A DNA stretch of 64,000 bases from an uncultured Chloroflexia bacterium (GCA_963846365.1 CAWJVN010000007.1:1704133-1768132), one strand, 5' to 3'. Positions 44,690-54,200 are shown, counted from the first letter of the stretch. Notes: generated from the letters alone by a model not told the origin. Program-made: numbers and translations.

Positions 44690-45340
44690 ATGCAGCTAGG
44701 CGACACCGCCCCGGACTTCGAGGCGGACACCACCCAGGGCAGGATCAGGTTCCACGACTGGATCGGCGACTCGTGGGCGGTCCTGTTCTCGCACCCGAAG
44801 GACTTCACCCCGGTCTGCACCACCGAGCTGGGATACATGGCGAGCATCTCGCCGGAGTTCGCGCGCCGCAATGTCAAGGTCATCGGGCTCTCGGTCGACC
44901 GCATCGACAACCACGAGCGGTGGGCCGACGACATCGAGGAGACCCAGGGTTCCCGGCCCGACTACCCGATCATCGGCGACGTCGACTTCAACGTGTCGAA
45001 GCTCTACGGGATGCTGCCCGCGAGCGTCTCCGGTGACCCGGCGCAGCGCACGCCCGCGGACAACATGACCGTCCGCAACGTGTTCGTGATCGGCCCGGAC
45101 AGGAAGATCAAGCTGATCCTCGTCTACCCGATGACCACCGGCCGGAACTTCGACGAGGTGCTGCGGGTGATCGACTCGCTGCAGCTCACCGCGAAGCACC
45201 GGGTGGCGACGCCGGTGAACTGGAAGCAGGGCGAGGACGTGATCATCGCCGGCTCGGTGTCCGACGACGAGGCGAAGGAGATCTTCCCCGGCTACAGCGC
45301 GCCGAAGCCCTATCTGCGGATCACGCCACAGCCGCGGTAG
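44690..45340 (+). CDS. 1-Cys peroxiredoxin (Prx6-type, AhpC/TSA family)
   Basis: AGGAGG lies before the ATG. LGDTAPDFEADTTQGRIRFHDWIGDSWAVLFSHPKDFTPVCTTELG carries the peroxidatic Cys motif. Confidence 0.9.
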   Translation: MQLGDTAPDFEADTTQGRIRFHDWIGDSWAVLFSHPKDFTPVCTTELGYMASISPEFARRNVKVIGLSVDRIDNHERWADDIEETQGSRPDYPIIGDVDFNVSKLYGMLPASVSGDPAQRTPADNMTVRNVFVIGPDRKIKLILVYPMTTGRNFDEVLRVIDSLQLTAKHRVATPVNWKQGEDVIIAGSVSDDEAKEIFPGYSAPKPYLRITPQPR

Positions 45341-45348
45341 CGGACGGA

Positions 45349-45380
45349 GCAGCTCCTCGCGGCGGGACGCGAGGAGCTGC
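45349..45380 (+). terminator. GC-rich hairpin after the peroxiredoxin gene (13-bp perfect stem, 6-nt loop, no T-tract)
   Basis: gcagctcctcgcg gcggga cgcgaggagctgc read directly, starting 9 nt after the stop codon. Confidence 0.5.
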
Positions 45381-45830
45381 CGCGGGCCGCGGACGCCGGG
45401 CGCTGAGCCGGCGCCGGCCGGCGTCGAGCTCGGCTCACCGCCCGGCCGGACCGCGCGGCCGGTGAGGCCTCGGCCGGCCTCACCCGCCAGACCAGCCGGC
45501 CGGGGCGGTCGCGGAGCTCTCCACGGCGGCGGAGCGGACGCACCCCGGCCTCAGGGCGGCGGCGGCATAGGAGGTTGCGGCGAGGGATGCGCAGAGCGCG
45601 ATGTAGCCCAGAGAATTGCCGCCAACGTGTGCGGAGATCCTGTGAGTCATGCGAGGCTCCGAATGACGTTGGGGGGGCCGGCACAGCGTCCTCTCGATCG
45701 GCCTCCCCCGCAGCGGACCCAGGGTCCGGCATCCCCTGTCCCTCCGGCCAGCCACCCCTCCGGCGGGCCGCCCGCACGGTCGTGGTTGAATGAGGAGAGA
45801 CGGGTTCCGACGGGTCAGGAGGCGACGGTC

Positions 45831-47222
45831 GTGATCTTCGAGCAGCACTACCTCGAATGCCTCTCGCAGGCGTCGTACCTCGTCGCCGACGAGACCACCG
45901 GCCGCGCCGTGGTCGTCGACCCTCGCCGCGACATCGATCAGTACCTCGAGTCGGCGAGGGAGCACGGTGTCAGGATCGAGCTGGTCATCGAGACCCACTT
46001 CCACGCCGACTTCCTCTCCGGTCACCTCGAGCTGGCCCGCGCGACCGGTGCCCGGATCGCCTTCGGGGCACGCGCGAAGCCCGAGTTCGCGGCGCGCGAG
46101 CTGCACGACGGTGAGCGGATCACCCTCGGCGACGTGACCCTGGAGATCCTCGAGACCCCCGGGCACACGCCCGAGTCGATCAGCATCGTCGTCTACGAGC
46201 ACCCCGACGACACCGTGCCCTACGGTGTGCTCACCGGCGACACCCTGTTCATCGGGGACGTCGGGCGGCCCGACCTGCTCTCGTCGCTCGGAGCGTCCGC
46301 CGACGAGCTCGCGGGCATGCTCCACGAGTCGCTGGGCGCCAGGCTGATGAGGCTCCCCAACTCGACCCGGGTCTTCCCGGGGCACGGCGCCGGCTCGGCG
46401 TGCGGCAAGAACCTGTCGACCGCGCTGTCGTCGACGATCGGCGAGCAGCGCGCATCGAACTACGCACTCCAGCCGATGTCGCGCGAGGAGTTCGTCCAGG
46501 TCGTGACCGAGGGCCAGTCCGCGGCGCCCGGGTACTTCGCCTTCGACGCGATGCGCAACCGTGAGGCCCACGAGCTCCTCCACGAGCACGAGGCCCCGGC
46601 ACCGCTGACGATCGATATCGCCCTCGAGCACGGGCGCCGGGGTGCGGTCCTGCTCGACACCCGCGAGCCCGGCGCATTCGCCAGCGGCAGCCTGATCGGC
46701 TCGGTGAACGTCGGTCTCGAGGGTCGCTACGCGCAGTACGTCGGCAGCGTGGTGCGCCCCGACGAGCAGATCGTGCTGCTCACCGAGCCGGGCACCGAGC
46801 TCGAGGCGAGGATCCGGCTGGGCCGGATCGGCTACGACCGCGTCGTCGGGTACGTCGACAACCTCTACGAGGTGTTCCAGGAGCATTCCGAGCTGGTGCG
46901 GGTGGGCTCACGGCTCACCGCCGCAGCCTTCGACGAGAGGCGGCGCACCATCCCCCGCCTCCAGGTCGTGGATGTGCGAAACCCGGGCGAGGTCGAGCAC
47001 GGCTCGGTGCCCGGCGCCGCCGCCATCCCCCTGCCGCGACTGCGCGAGGAGATCGGCGGGCTCGACCCCGCCCGGCCCACCGTCGTGCTCTGCGCGGGCG
47101 GGTACCGCTCGTCGATCGCTGCGAGCCTGCTGCGCCGTGTGGGCTTCGACGACGTGTCCGACGTCCTCGGCGGCTACCAGGCCTGGGAGAGCGCGCAGGC
47201 GCGCAGGGCTGGGATCAGCTGA
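45831..47222 (+). CDS. MBL-fold hydrolase fused to rhodanese domains (persulfide dioxygenase-sulfurtransferase type)
   Basis: The GTG start follows AGGAGG. The metal motif is IETHFHADFLSGH. The C-terminal rhodanese region has the active-site loop VVLCAGGYRSS. Confidence 0.8.
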   Translation: MIFEQHYLECLSQASYLVADETTGRAVVVDPRRDIDQYLESAREHGVRIELVIETHFHADFLSGHLELARATGARIAFGARAKPEFAARELHDGERITLGDVTLEILETPGHTPESISIVVYEHPDDTVPYGVLTGDTLFIGDVGRPDLLSSLGASADELAGMLHESLGARLMRLPNSTRVFPGHGAGSACGKNLSTALSSTIGEQRASNYALQPMSREEFVQVVTEGQSAAPGYFAFDAMRNREAHELLHEHEAPAPLTIDIALEHGRRGAVLLDTREPGAFASGSLIGSVNVGLEGRYAQYVGSVVRPDEQIVLLTEPGTELEARIRLGRIGYDRVVGYVDNLYEVFQEHSELVRVGSRLTAAAFDERRRTIPRLQVVDVRNPGEVEHGSVPGAAAIPLPRLREEIGGLDPARPTVVLCAGGYRSSIAASLLRRVGFDDVSDVLGGYQAWESAQARRAGIS

Positions 47223-47634
47223 GGGCGGGATCAGCACCCGGCCGGCCGCGCTCAGGACCGCCCGTCACCCCGCCAGCCCCATGGTGTCGCTGAGAAACCC
47301 CGCCATCCCGCCGAGCTCGGGGGAGACGAGGATGGCCCTGATCACCAGCGCCGCGGTGCGGCGCCGGACCGGCTTCGCCCGCACCACGTAGGCGGAGTGC
47401 CGGGATGGGAAGATGGCGATCGTGGCACCGCTGGTCGTCACCCTGCGATGCTGACAGCAGCGGGGGCGCGGGCCACCGGCCGGTGGACCGGCCCCGGGGG
47501 GGCCGGGTGGACAGTGGTGTGCGCCGACCGGCGGTGGATGGCCTGTCAGCGGCTGGATCGGGAGGATCGACATCGACCGCGACAGCGTTGACGAGGTCGC
47601 CGCCCGGTCGCTGAGCGCGGCCATCCGGGGCGAG

Positions 47635-48933
47635 GTGCTCCTTCCCGGCGCGGGCGCGTACGACCGTGCTCGTGCGGTCTTCAACGGCATGATCGACAGG
47701 CGTCCCGCGATCATCATCCGGTGCGCCGGCGTGTCCGACGTGATCCGGGGTGTGGAGTTCGCTCGCGTCCGTGAGCTGCCCCTGTCGGTTCGGTCCGGAG
47801 GCCACGGCGTCGCCGGTTCGGCGGTCTGCGCCGGCGGGGTGATGCTCGACCTGTCACCGATGAAGGGCATCAGGGTGGATCCGGGCCACGCCACCGCGGA
47901 CGCGCAGGCCGGCCTCACCCTCGCCGAGTTCGACCACGAGACCCAGGCCTTCGGCCTGGCCACCACGATGGGGGTGGTCTCCATGACCGGCATCGCCGGT
48001 CTGACCCTCGGCGGAGGCCTCGGCTGGCTCAACGGGAGCCTCGGCCTGGCGTGCGACAACCTGCTCTCGGCCGATGTCGTCACCGCGACCGGGGCGCTGG
48101 TGACGGCCTCGGACGACGAGCACGCCGATCTCTTCTGGGGACTTCGCGGCGGCGGCGGCAACTTCGGGGTGGTCACGTCGCTCAGGTACCGGCTGCATCC
48201 GGTGCGCACCGTGGTCGCCGGCGGCCTCGTGTATCCGCCGGCGAACACCCGGCAGGCGCTCAGGTCGTACCGGGAGTTCGCGAGCCTATGCCCCCCCGAC
48301 CTGTCCACCGTGGCCTCGCTCTTCAGGGGCGACGACGGCCGTCCCACGGTCGCGGTCGGAGTCTGTCACTGCGGCACCGCGGAGGCGGCGGAGGCGGCGC
48401 TGCGGCCGCTTCGACAGGTCGCCGCACCGGTCGAGGACGACATCGGCCCGATGGAATATCAGGCACTGCAGCGCCGGTCCGACGCCGGGTTTCCGCCCGA
48501 CCGGCAGCACTACTGGAAGAGCAGCTTCCTGAAGGACCTGACCGACGATGCCATCGAGGTGATGATCGAGTTCGTCGAGCAGATGCCGTCCCCGACCTCC
48601 GGCGTCGGCCTCCAGCACCTGCACGGGGCCGCCGCCCGCGTGCCGAGAGATGCCACCGCGTTCCCGCATCGCGACCGCCATCACGACTTCCTCATCCTGT
48701 CCCAGTGGCCTGATCCGGCCAACTCAGCGCACAACATCGAATGGACCCGTCGATTCTTCACGGCGATGACCCCGTTCCTCGAGGGCGCCGTGTATGTGAA
48801 CAACCTGGGAGACGAGGAGAATCGCGCCCGCGAGGCCTACGGTGCGAACCACGAACGGCTGATCGCGCTCAAGACCGCCTACGACCCGAGTGACCTCTTT
48901 CGAACCAACCAGAACCTCGGACGGACGGTCTGA
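47635..48933 (+). CDS. FAD-binding oxidoreductase (FAD_binding_4 + BBE domains)
   Basis: PAIIIRCAGVSDVIRGVEFARVRELPLSVRSGGHG, FWGLRGGGGNFGVVTSL, C-terminal YDPSDLFRTNQNL. The true start is probably upstream: the in-frame coding-like stretch IDRDSVDEVAARSLSAAIRG lies before the listed GTG, with no obvious start codon. Confidence 0.8.
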   Translation: MLLPGAGAYDRARAVFNGMIDRRPAIIIRCAGVSDVIRGVEFARVRELPLSVRSGGHGVAGSAVCAGGVMLDLSPMKGIRVDPGHATADAQAGLTLAEFDHETQAFGLATTMGVVSMTGIAGLTLGGGLGWLNGSLGLACDNLLSADVVTATGALVTASDDEHADLFWGLRGGGGNFGVVTSLRYRLHPVRTVVAGGLVYPPANTRQALRSYREFASLCPPDLSTVASLFRGDDGRPTVAVGVCHCGTAEAAEAALRPLRQVAAPVEDDIGPMEYQALQRRSDAGFPPDRQHYWKSSFLKDLTDDAIEVMIEFVEQMPSPTSGVGLQHLHGAAARVPRDATAFPHRDRHHDFLILSQWPDPANSAHNIEWTRRFFTAMTPFLEGAVYVNNLGDEENRAREAYGANHERLIALKTAYDPSDLFRTNQNLGRTV

Positions 48934-48958
48934 GGCCTTCCGACCCGGCCCGGGACGG

Positions 48959-50068
48959 TCACGAGATCTCCCGCATCCGCGGATGCTCGTCGAAGAAGCG
49001 GACCATCTCCCGGGTCGCATCCGGTCCCAGCGGGTCGGTGAACGAGCCCGCGCGGCTGCCTCCCGACCAGGCATGGCCCGCGCCGTGGATCACCCAGCAC
49101 TCCGCGACGACGTCGCCGCCGGCTCCGCGGTGGATCGAGCGGGTGAACGGGCGTCCTCCGGGCACCTGTCCGCCGCTGCTGCTCACGCTCACGCCCCCCG
49201 GCACCCCGACCGCCTCGAGAACCCGCTGCGCATTGCGGGGGCTCACGGTGGTGTCGCGGTCGCCGTGGAACACGATCGTCGGGACGGCGGTCCTCCCGGC
49301 CGGTTCCGCCGCTCCGGACCCTCTCGGCGCGCCCTGGCGCATCGCGGCGAAGGCGGAGGGAAGATCGTGTGCGGCACCGGCGGGCATGCCCGAGTGGACG
49401 GCGACGGCGGCATACAGCTCGGGGTGGGCGGCCGCGGTGATCGCCGCCATCGCCCCCCCGGCCGACATCCCGGCGATGTGGACGCGGCGCTCGTCCACCC
49501 GGTGGAGCGACATCACCTGCCGGGTGATCCCGGCGATGATCGCGGGTTCGCCGCCACCCCGCCGCTGGTGCGCCGGCTGGAACCAGTTCCAGCACCTCGA
49601 CGGGTTGGCGGCGGTGGTCTGCTCCGGGTAGGCCACCAGGAACGTTCTCTCCTCGGCGAGCGCGTTCAGCCGGGTGCCGGCGGCGGACTGATCGGGGTTC
49701 TGGGTGCAGCCGTGGAGCATGACGACGAGGGGAACCGCCTGCTCTGCGCACCCGCTCGGGACATAGAGCCGGTACGCGCGCGAGCCCGCCGCGCCGGAGT
49801 ACGAGCACGAGAGGAAGCGCCCCGCCGTCGCCGGCGCCTCCACCACCACCGACCCGACCCGGTCGGAGGATCGGACGGCGCCGGCCCGGTCACCCCCACC
49901 GTGGAACGACAGCAGACGCGCGAGCGGAGGGGCGGGGATGGGTGGCGACGGTGCGAGGGCCGCAGGTGGAGGGCTGCCGCCGGCGAGGGCACGTTGAATC
50001 GTCGCGGTGGCCTCGACCGGACTGCCGGCGAGGGTGAGGCGGAGGGCCTCGTTCATGTGCTGGCGCAT
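48959..50068 (-). CDS. PHB-depolymerase-family esterase (LpqC-like)
   Basis: YRLYVPSG...PLVVMLHGCTQNPDQSAAGTRLNALAEERTFLVAYPEQ...CWNWF...VHIAGMSAGGAMA (GxSxG)...IVFHGDRDTTV. Confidence 0.8.
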   Translation of the reverse strand: MRQHMNEALRLTLAGSPVEATATIQRALAGGSPPPAALAPSPPIPAPPLARLLSFHGGGDRAGAVRSSDRVGSVVVEAPATAGRFLSCSYSGAAGSRAYRLYVPSGCAEQAVPLVVMLHGCTQNPDQSAAGTRLNALAEERTFLVAYPEQTTAANPSRCWNWFQPAHQRRGGGEPAIIAGITRQVMSLHRVDERRVHIAGMSAGGAMAAITAAAHPELYAAVAVHSGMPAGAAHDLPSAFAAMRQGAPRGSGAAEPAGRTAVPTIVFHGDRDTTVSPRNAQRVLEAVGVPGGVSVSSSGGQVPGGRPFTRSIHRGAGGDVVAECWVIHGAGHAWSGGSRAGSFTDPLGPDATREMVRFFDEHPRMREIS

Positions 50069-50150
50069 CTGGTTGATGGATGGATCTCCGGTGCACGATC
50101 TGAAGGCGTGGACTGGTCGAGCGGACGGGCGACGGGCGGCTCTGCGCGGA

Positions 50151-50552
50151 TCACGGCGACCTGATCCGCCCCGCGAGCGCCGCCTTCACCGCAGGGGAGG
50201 CGCGCAGCGCGCCGAGGACGGCCACGGAGTCGATCGTGGCCAGGGCCAGCTCGGGTGACACGTCGTCGGCGATGCTGGCCAGCCCCAGCACGTTGATCTG
50301 CACCGTCTCGCCGGCGGCGCGCAGCGCCTCCAGCTCCTGCCGCGTGTGGTGCTGCACGCCGAGCACCAGGGTCTTGCGTGCCACCGAGCGCCGCACCGCG
50401 TCGGCGTGGGTCGCGAGCTGGGTCCTGATCGCCGTGCGGATGAGATCGGTGCGGTTGGCGTAGAAGCCCTCGAGCACGAGCAGGTCGATCTGGCCGAGAT
50501 CGACCGGGCCGAGGTTGATCGTGATCTTCTCGAACTCGCCGGGCGCTACCAT
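50151..50552 (-). CDS. ribbon-helix-helix (CopG-like) regulator with a C-terminal extension
   Basis: KITINLGPVDLGQIDLLVLEGFYANRTDLIRTAIRTQL is an RHH pattern. Confidence 0.55.
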   Translation of the reverse strand: MVAPGEFEKITINLGPVDLGQIDLLVLEGFYANRTDLIRTAIRTQLATHADAVRRSVARKTLVLGVQHHTRQELEALRAAGETVQINVLGLASIADDVSPELALATIDSVAVLGALRASPAVKAALAGRIRSP

Positions 50553-50600
50553 CTGTCAACCATCCGTGTGGATGGTGAAGGGATGGTGTACAGCTGTCAA
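50553..50600. promoter_or_regulatory. repeat-rich operator/promoter region upstream of the RHH regulator
   Basis: ctgtcaa x2 (TTGACA on the minus strand), palindrome ccatcc-gtgt-ggatgg and direct repeat ggatggtg x2, all read directly. Confidence 0.4.
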
Positions 50601-50725
50601 GGGGGCGCGATCCACGCCGAGGAGCCGGCCGGCCGGAGCGGCGCAAAACGAATAAGTGGCAGATGTTATGAGCCTACTAATGTGTTATAAACCGGCCCAT
50701 GTACTGGTAGCCAGCGAAGAGGTGG

Positions 50726-51181
50726 ATGACCATGGCAGGTGGATTGGTCGCCGGCACGATCGCCGGGACGGTGGGCGCGGTCGCGATGCAGAAGCTCATG
50801 GCCGGGGCCCAGGACGCCAACCGGATGGGCGAATCCGGTCCGGAGGCGTTCACCGATGAGCTCCTCGATCGGGCCGACGCCCGCACCAACTCCTCCACCG
50901 AGGACAACGTGACCGACCTCGGCCACCTCGCCTTCGGCGCCGGCGCCGGCGCGCTGTTCGGGCTCGCCCTCAGGGTTCTGCCGTTCCCCGCGATGCTGGT
51001 CGGCCCGCTCTTCGGCCGCCTGGTCTGGGAGACGATGTACAAGGGCGTCGCCCCCGCGATCGGCGCCATGCCCGCCCCCGAGGACGACCGGCCCGGGCGC
51101 CCCGAGACGATGCAGAACGCCCACATGCTGTACGGCGGGGTGCTCGGCACCCTGTTCCCGCTGCTCCGCCGCGTTCTCTGA
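50726..51181 (+). CDS. membrane protein (Gly/Ala-rich helices), function unknown
   Basis: GGLVAGTIAGTVGAVAMQKLM, LGHLAFGAGAGALFGLAL and HMLYGGVLGTLFPLL are hydrophobic segments. Confidence 0.55.
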   Translation: MTMAGGLVAGTIAGTVGAVAMQKLMAGAQDANRMGESGPEAFTDELLDRADARTNSSTEDNVTDLGHLAFGAGAGALFGLALRVLPFPAMLVGPLFGRLVWETMYKGVAPAIGAMPAPEDDRPGRPETMQNAHMLYGGVLGTLFPLLRRVL

Positions 51182-51198
51182 CCGGCTCGGGCGCCGGG

Positions 51199-51666
51199 TC
51201 AGCGCGTCGCCGCGCCGCCCGACCCCGTCTCCCCGTCGGCGGCCTGCAGTCCGCCGCCGCGGCGCAGCACCTCGAGGATCCGCCGGACGGTGCCGCGTGC
51301 CGCACCGGCGTGGTGGGCGAGCTGCCGCTCTCCCGCCCACCGGCCGCCGCAGACGACATCGTGGAGGCAGGCGATGATGCTCATCGCCTGTGGCGTCACC
51401 GTCCGCGCACCGGCGGCGTAGGCCTCCTGGAGGTCGCGGAATCCCCACTGGCCGACGCCGAGGGCCTCGGAGAAGAGGCGGGCGGACGCGTGCGCGCAGG
51501 CGTCCATCGCCGACCGGTGGTAGAGCCATTCCGCGTCGCCGGAGATCGACGACCACGGGACCGTCGCCCAGTCGTCCGAGTCGCAGAAGACCGTCAGGCT
51601 GACCTCGTGCCGGCGGGAGAGGGTCGAGAGGACCCGCGGTGTCACCGTCCGTGCCGAGTAGGTCAT
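51199..51666 (-). CDS. hypothetical protein with a C-terminal wHTH-like segment
   Basis: The start MTYSARTV (51666) is chosen. The C-terminus is GERQLAHHAGAARGTVRRILEVLRRGG. Confidence 0.45.
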   Translation of the reverse strand: MTYSARTVTPRVLSTLSRRHEVSLTVFCDSDDWATVPWSSISGDAEWLYHRSAMDACAHASARLFSEALGVGQWGFRDLQEAYAAGARTVTPQAMSIIACLHDVVCGGRWAGERQLAHHAGAARGTVRRILEVLRRGGGLQAADGETGSGGAATR

Positions 51667-51880
51667 GAGCACGCCCCCAATCCGCGCCGGCTGAGGCTGT
51701 GCGGTGGGGATCCGCGTCTTCTCGCCGCCGCCGACGGTGCGCCCAAGCCTGACGTTTCTGTCAGGGAGGTCAATCCTCCCGGCGGGGGGTTGGTCATCCC
51801 CCGAGCCGCTCACCCGTCAACCCGCGAAGGGGCGGGACCGCTCACGCGCGGCCCCACCCCTTGCGGGGAAGGTGCTGTGT

Positions 51881-52987
51881 CTACGCCGCGGACGGGCGGC
51901 GGCGGCGGGCGACGGCCGCGAGGAGGCCGATGCCGCCGGCGAGGAGGGCGAAGCCGCCGAGGCCGAGCGAGATGCCGGTGAAGGGGGTGCTGGGCGAGAC
52001 GTCACCGGTGGTCGGGGCGGCCACGACGCCGGTCTTCGGGGCTCCGCTCGCGGGTCCCGCCGGGGTGGACGCCGCCGCCGTGGTGCCGGCGCTGGAGCTG
52101 GTCAGCACGCCGGCCGCCTGGCCGGAGTTGCCGAGCAGATCGTCGACGGTGCCGATCGCCGACCCGGTCACACCACCGGCGGCGCCGACCTGGAGCAGGT
52201 CGATGGTGCCCACGCCGGGGAGGCTGATCGGGATCCCGCCGTTGTGCGAGGCGAGGAGCTGCTGGCCGTTGATCGAGGCGACGTAGGTGGTGCCGGTCCC
52301 GTCACTCGAGGTGTCGGAGTGGAGGACGATGATCGCCAGCCCGCCGTTGAGCAGGGTCGCGTCGACGCCGTTGTTGGCCGCATCACCATGGGAGGCGGTG
52401 GGGCTGAACAGCGCGTTGCTGGTGGCCTCGAGCACCGCCACGGTGGCCACCTGGCCGTTGCCCAGGGCCAGATCGGCGAGCGCCGAGCGCGAGTGCGACG
52501 AGGAGGAGAGGCCGGACGCCTGCGCCCCGGTCATCCAGTCGGCGAGCGCGAGGGCGAGCAGCGGGTTCGCGGGAAGCGTCAGGAGAGCGCCGGTCTGGGC
52601 GCCGTTGCTCGACGCCTGCCCCGCGGAGAGGTCCTGGCCGAGGAGGCGCAGTGCCTGGGCGCCCGCCTGGGACGACCCCGAGCCGGCGACCGCGTTGGTG
52701 CAGCTGATGCAGGAGTCGATGATGCCGAGGTTGACGCCGTTGGCGACGGCCCGGCCGGACGGAGTGCCGGCACCGGTGGACGAGGACGCCGTGGCCGGGG
52801 CCGCGCGGTGGATGAGGAGGCCGGTCACGAGCGACAGCGGGCCCCCGGAGGTGACGACGGGCACCACCGCGAGGGGCGCGGTGATCGCGGACGGGAGCGT
52901 CGCGGCGGAGGCGCTGCCGGCGCCCAGGGCGAGCTGAAGGACGCCGGCGAGTGCCAGCGGAGCCGTGGTGATCGCGAGACGATTCAT
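51881..52987 (-). CDS. secreted surface protein with a C-terminal TM anchor and basic tail
   Basis: AAGGAGA lies before the ATG. Signal peptide MNRLAITTAPLALAGVLQLALGAGSASA, a Ser/Gly/Ala-rich body, and C-terminus PSTPFTGISLGLGGFALLAGGIGLLAAVARRRRPSAA. Confidence 0.7.
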   Translation of the reverse strand: MNRLAITTAPLALAGVLQLALGAGSASAATLPSAITAPLAVVPVVTSGGPLSLVTGLLIHRAAPATASSSTGAGTPSGRAVANGVNLGIIDSCISCTNAVAGSGSSQAGAQALRLLGQDLSAGQASSNGAQTGALLTLPANPLLALALADWMTGAQASGLSSSSHSRSALADLALGNGQVATVAVLEATSNALFSPTASHGDAANNGVDATLLNGGLAIIVLHSDTSSDGTGTTYVASINGQQLLASHNGGIPISLPGVGTIDLLQVGAAGGVTGSAIGTVDDLLGNSGQAAGVLTSSSAGTTAAASTPAGPASGAPKTGVVAAPTTGDVSPSTPFTGISLGLGGFALLAGGIGLLAAVARRRRPSAA

Positions 52988-53147
52988 GGTTCTCCTTGTC
53001 CAGGTCGCGAGCCGCCACTCTCTCGACCACTTCTTGCGTACATCGTTCATATCAGTAAACGTTAGGAGTCTTCGGAAACTTGCGGTGGAGCACGGTACTC
53101 ACGTTCAGAGCGACCCGTGACCCGGCGTCGCCCTGCCGTCGCACCAC

Positions 53148-53696
53148 GTGTACCGGCCGTTGTTCTGCGGAGGGCATGCTCACCCCATCGAACCCATCGC
53201 ACTCCCGCAGCTGACCGACGACGACAGCGGCCGCCGCCTGGTCCGCGCGACCGGCGACCTCCCCGCGGTCCGGGCGGCGCTCGAGGTTGCCGTGGTCGCC
53301 GCGGAGGCGGACGGTGCCGCCGACCCGGCCGAACTCGCGCTCCTGCTCCACCATCTCGGATGCGTCCTCCACGACCTCGGCGCACCCGCGGAGGCGCGGG
53401 TCCGCCTGGAGCGGGCCCTGCGCATCCACGAGGAGGTTCGCGGCTCCGGTCACCCCGCGGTGGCCAGGGACCTGCGGGCTCTGAGCCGGCTCCTCCTCGA
53501 GGCCGGCGAGCTCACCTTCGCGCGGCGGAGCTGCGAGCGTGCTCTCGCCATCGACCGGGCCGCCTTCGGTCGCGGTCACCCGGTGGTTGCGAACGACCTC
53601 CTCCGGCTGGCCCACATCCTCTGGGACATGGACGACCGCTACGGCGCAGACTGGTGCTTCACCTCGGCCCAGGACATCGACCAGGCGACGGCCTAG
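53148..53696 (+). CDS. tetratricopeptide-repeat (TPR_12-like) protein
   Basis: Repeated units LGCVLHDLGAPAEARVRLERALRIHEEVRGSGHPAVARDL / LLLEAGELTFARRSCERALAIDRAAFGRGHPVVANDL. It may be a fragment of a larger NB-ARC/TPR gene. Confidence 0.55.
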   Translation: MYRPLFCGGHAHPIEPIALPQLTDDDSGRRLVRATGDLPAVRAALEVAVVAAEADGAADPAELALLLHHLGCVLHDLGAPAEARVRLERALRIHEEVRGSGHPAVARDLRALSRLLLEAGELTFARRSCERALAIDRAAFGRGHPVVANDLLRLAHILWDMDDRYGADWCFTSAQDIDQATA

Positions 53697-53706
53697 CCCT
53701 CGGAGC

Positions 53707-54200
53707 TCACCGGTGCACCGACCGGGGGAGGAGCGCGTGGACGCCGGGGCGCTGGTTGACGACCTGGGTGACGCCGAAGTCGACCGCGGTGCTCATCAGC
53801 GAGCAGGCGTCGTCGCGGCTGAGGCCGAGGAGCGAGTCGAGGAGATGCAGCATCTCGGTCGCCGCCTCGTGGAGCGCGGTGTCGAGGTCTGGCCCGAAGC
53901 CGTGGGTGATCAAGTGCGTCGCCGTCTCGGCCACCGGGTTGCGCAGTGGATGGTGGCGCCCGGGCCGAACCGCCAGTTGTCGACGTTGCCGCCGAACCCC
54001 CCGGGGGGAACGCTGTGGACCCGGCCCGCCCCCGGTGGGGCGACGCCGATGACCCCGAGGTGAGGGCGCAGCGGGATGCGGATGCCGGCGAGCGCGGGCT
54101 CGCGCCGCTCGGGCTCGATCGGGAGCCTGAGGCCGATCTCCTCGGCGCGCCGGGTCGCCGTCCAGTCGAACGCGAGTGGACCGTCGCGGGCGTGGCGGCC
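53707..54200 (-). pseudogene. acetamidase/formamidase-family remnant (N-terminus missing, internal deletion and frameshift)
   Basis: FDWTATRRAEEIGLRLPIEP...RPHLGVIGVAPPGAG...PPGGFGGNVDNWRFGPGATIH in one frame, then directly RNPVAETATHLITHGFGPDLDTALHEAATEMLHLLDSLLGLSRDDACSLMSTAVDFGVTQVVN in another. The catalytic middle block is absent. Confidence 0.55.

Noticed and set aside
45480-46886. 468-aa minus-strand ORF, plus a possible 56-aa N-terminal piece (MTHRISAHVGGNSLGYIALCASLAATSYAAAA, 45483-45650)
   Set aside because: The long ORF is antisense to the MBL-rhodanese gene. The short piece has a weak GGAG site and a signal-like segment, but there is no way to support it from sequence alone.
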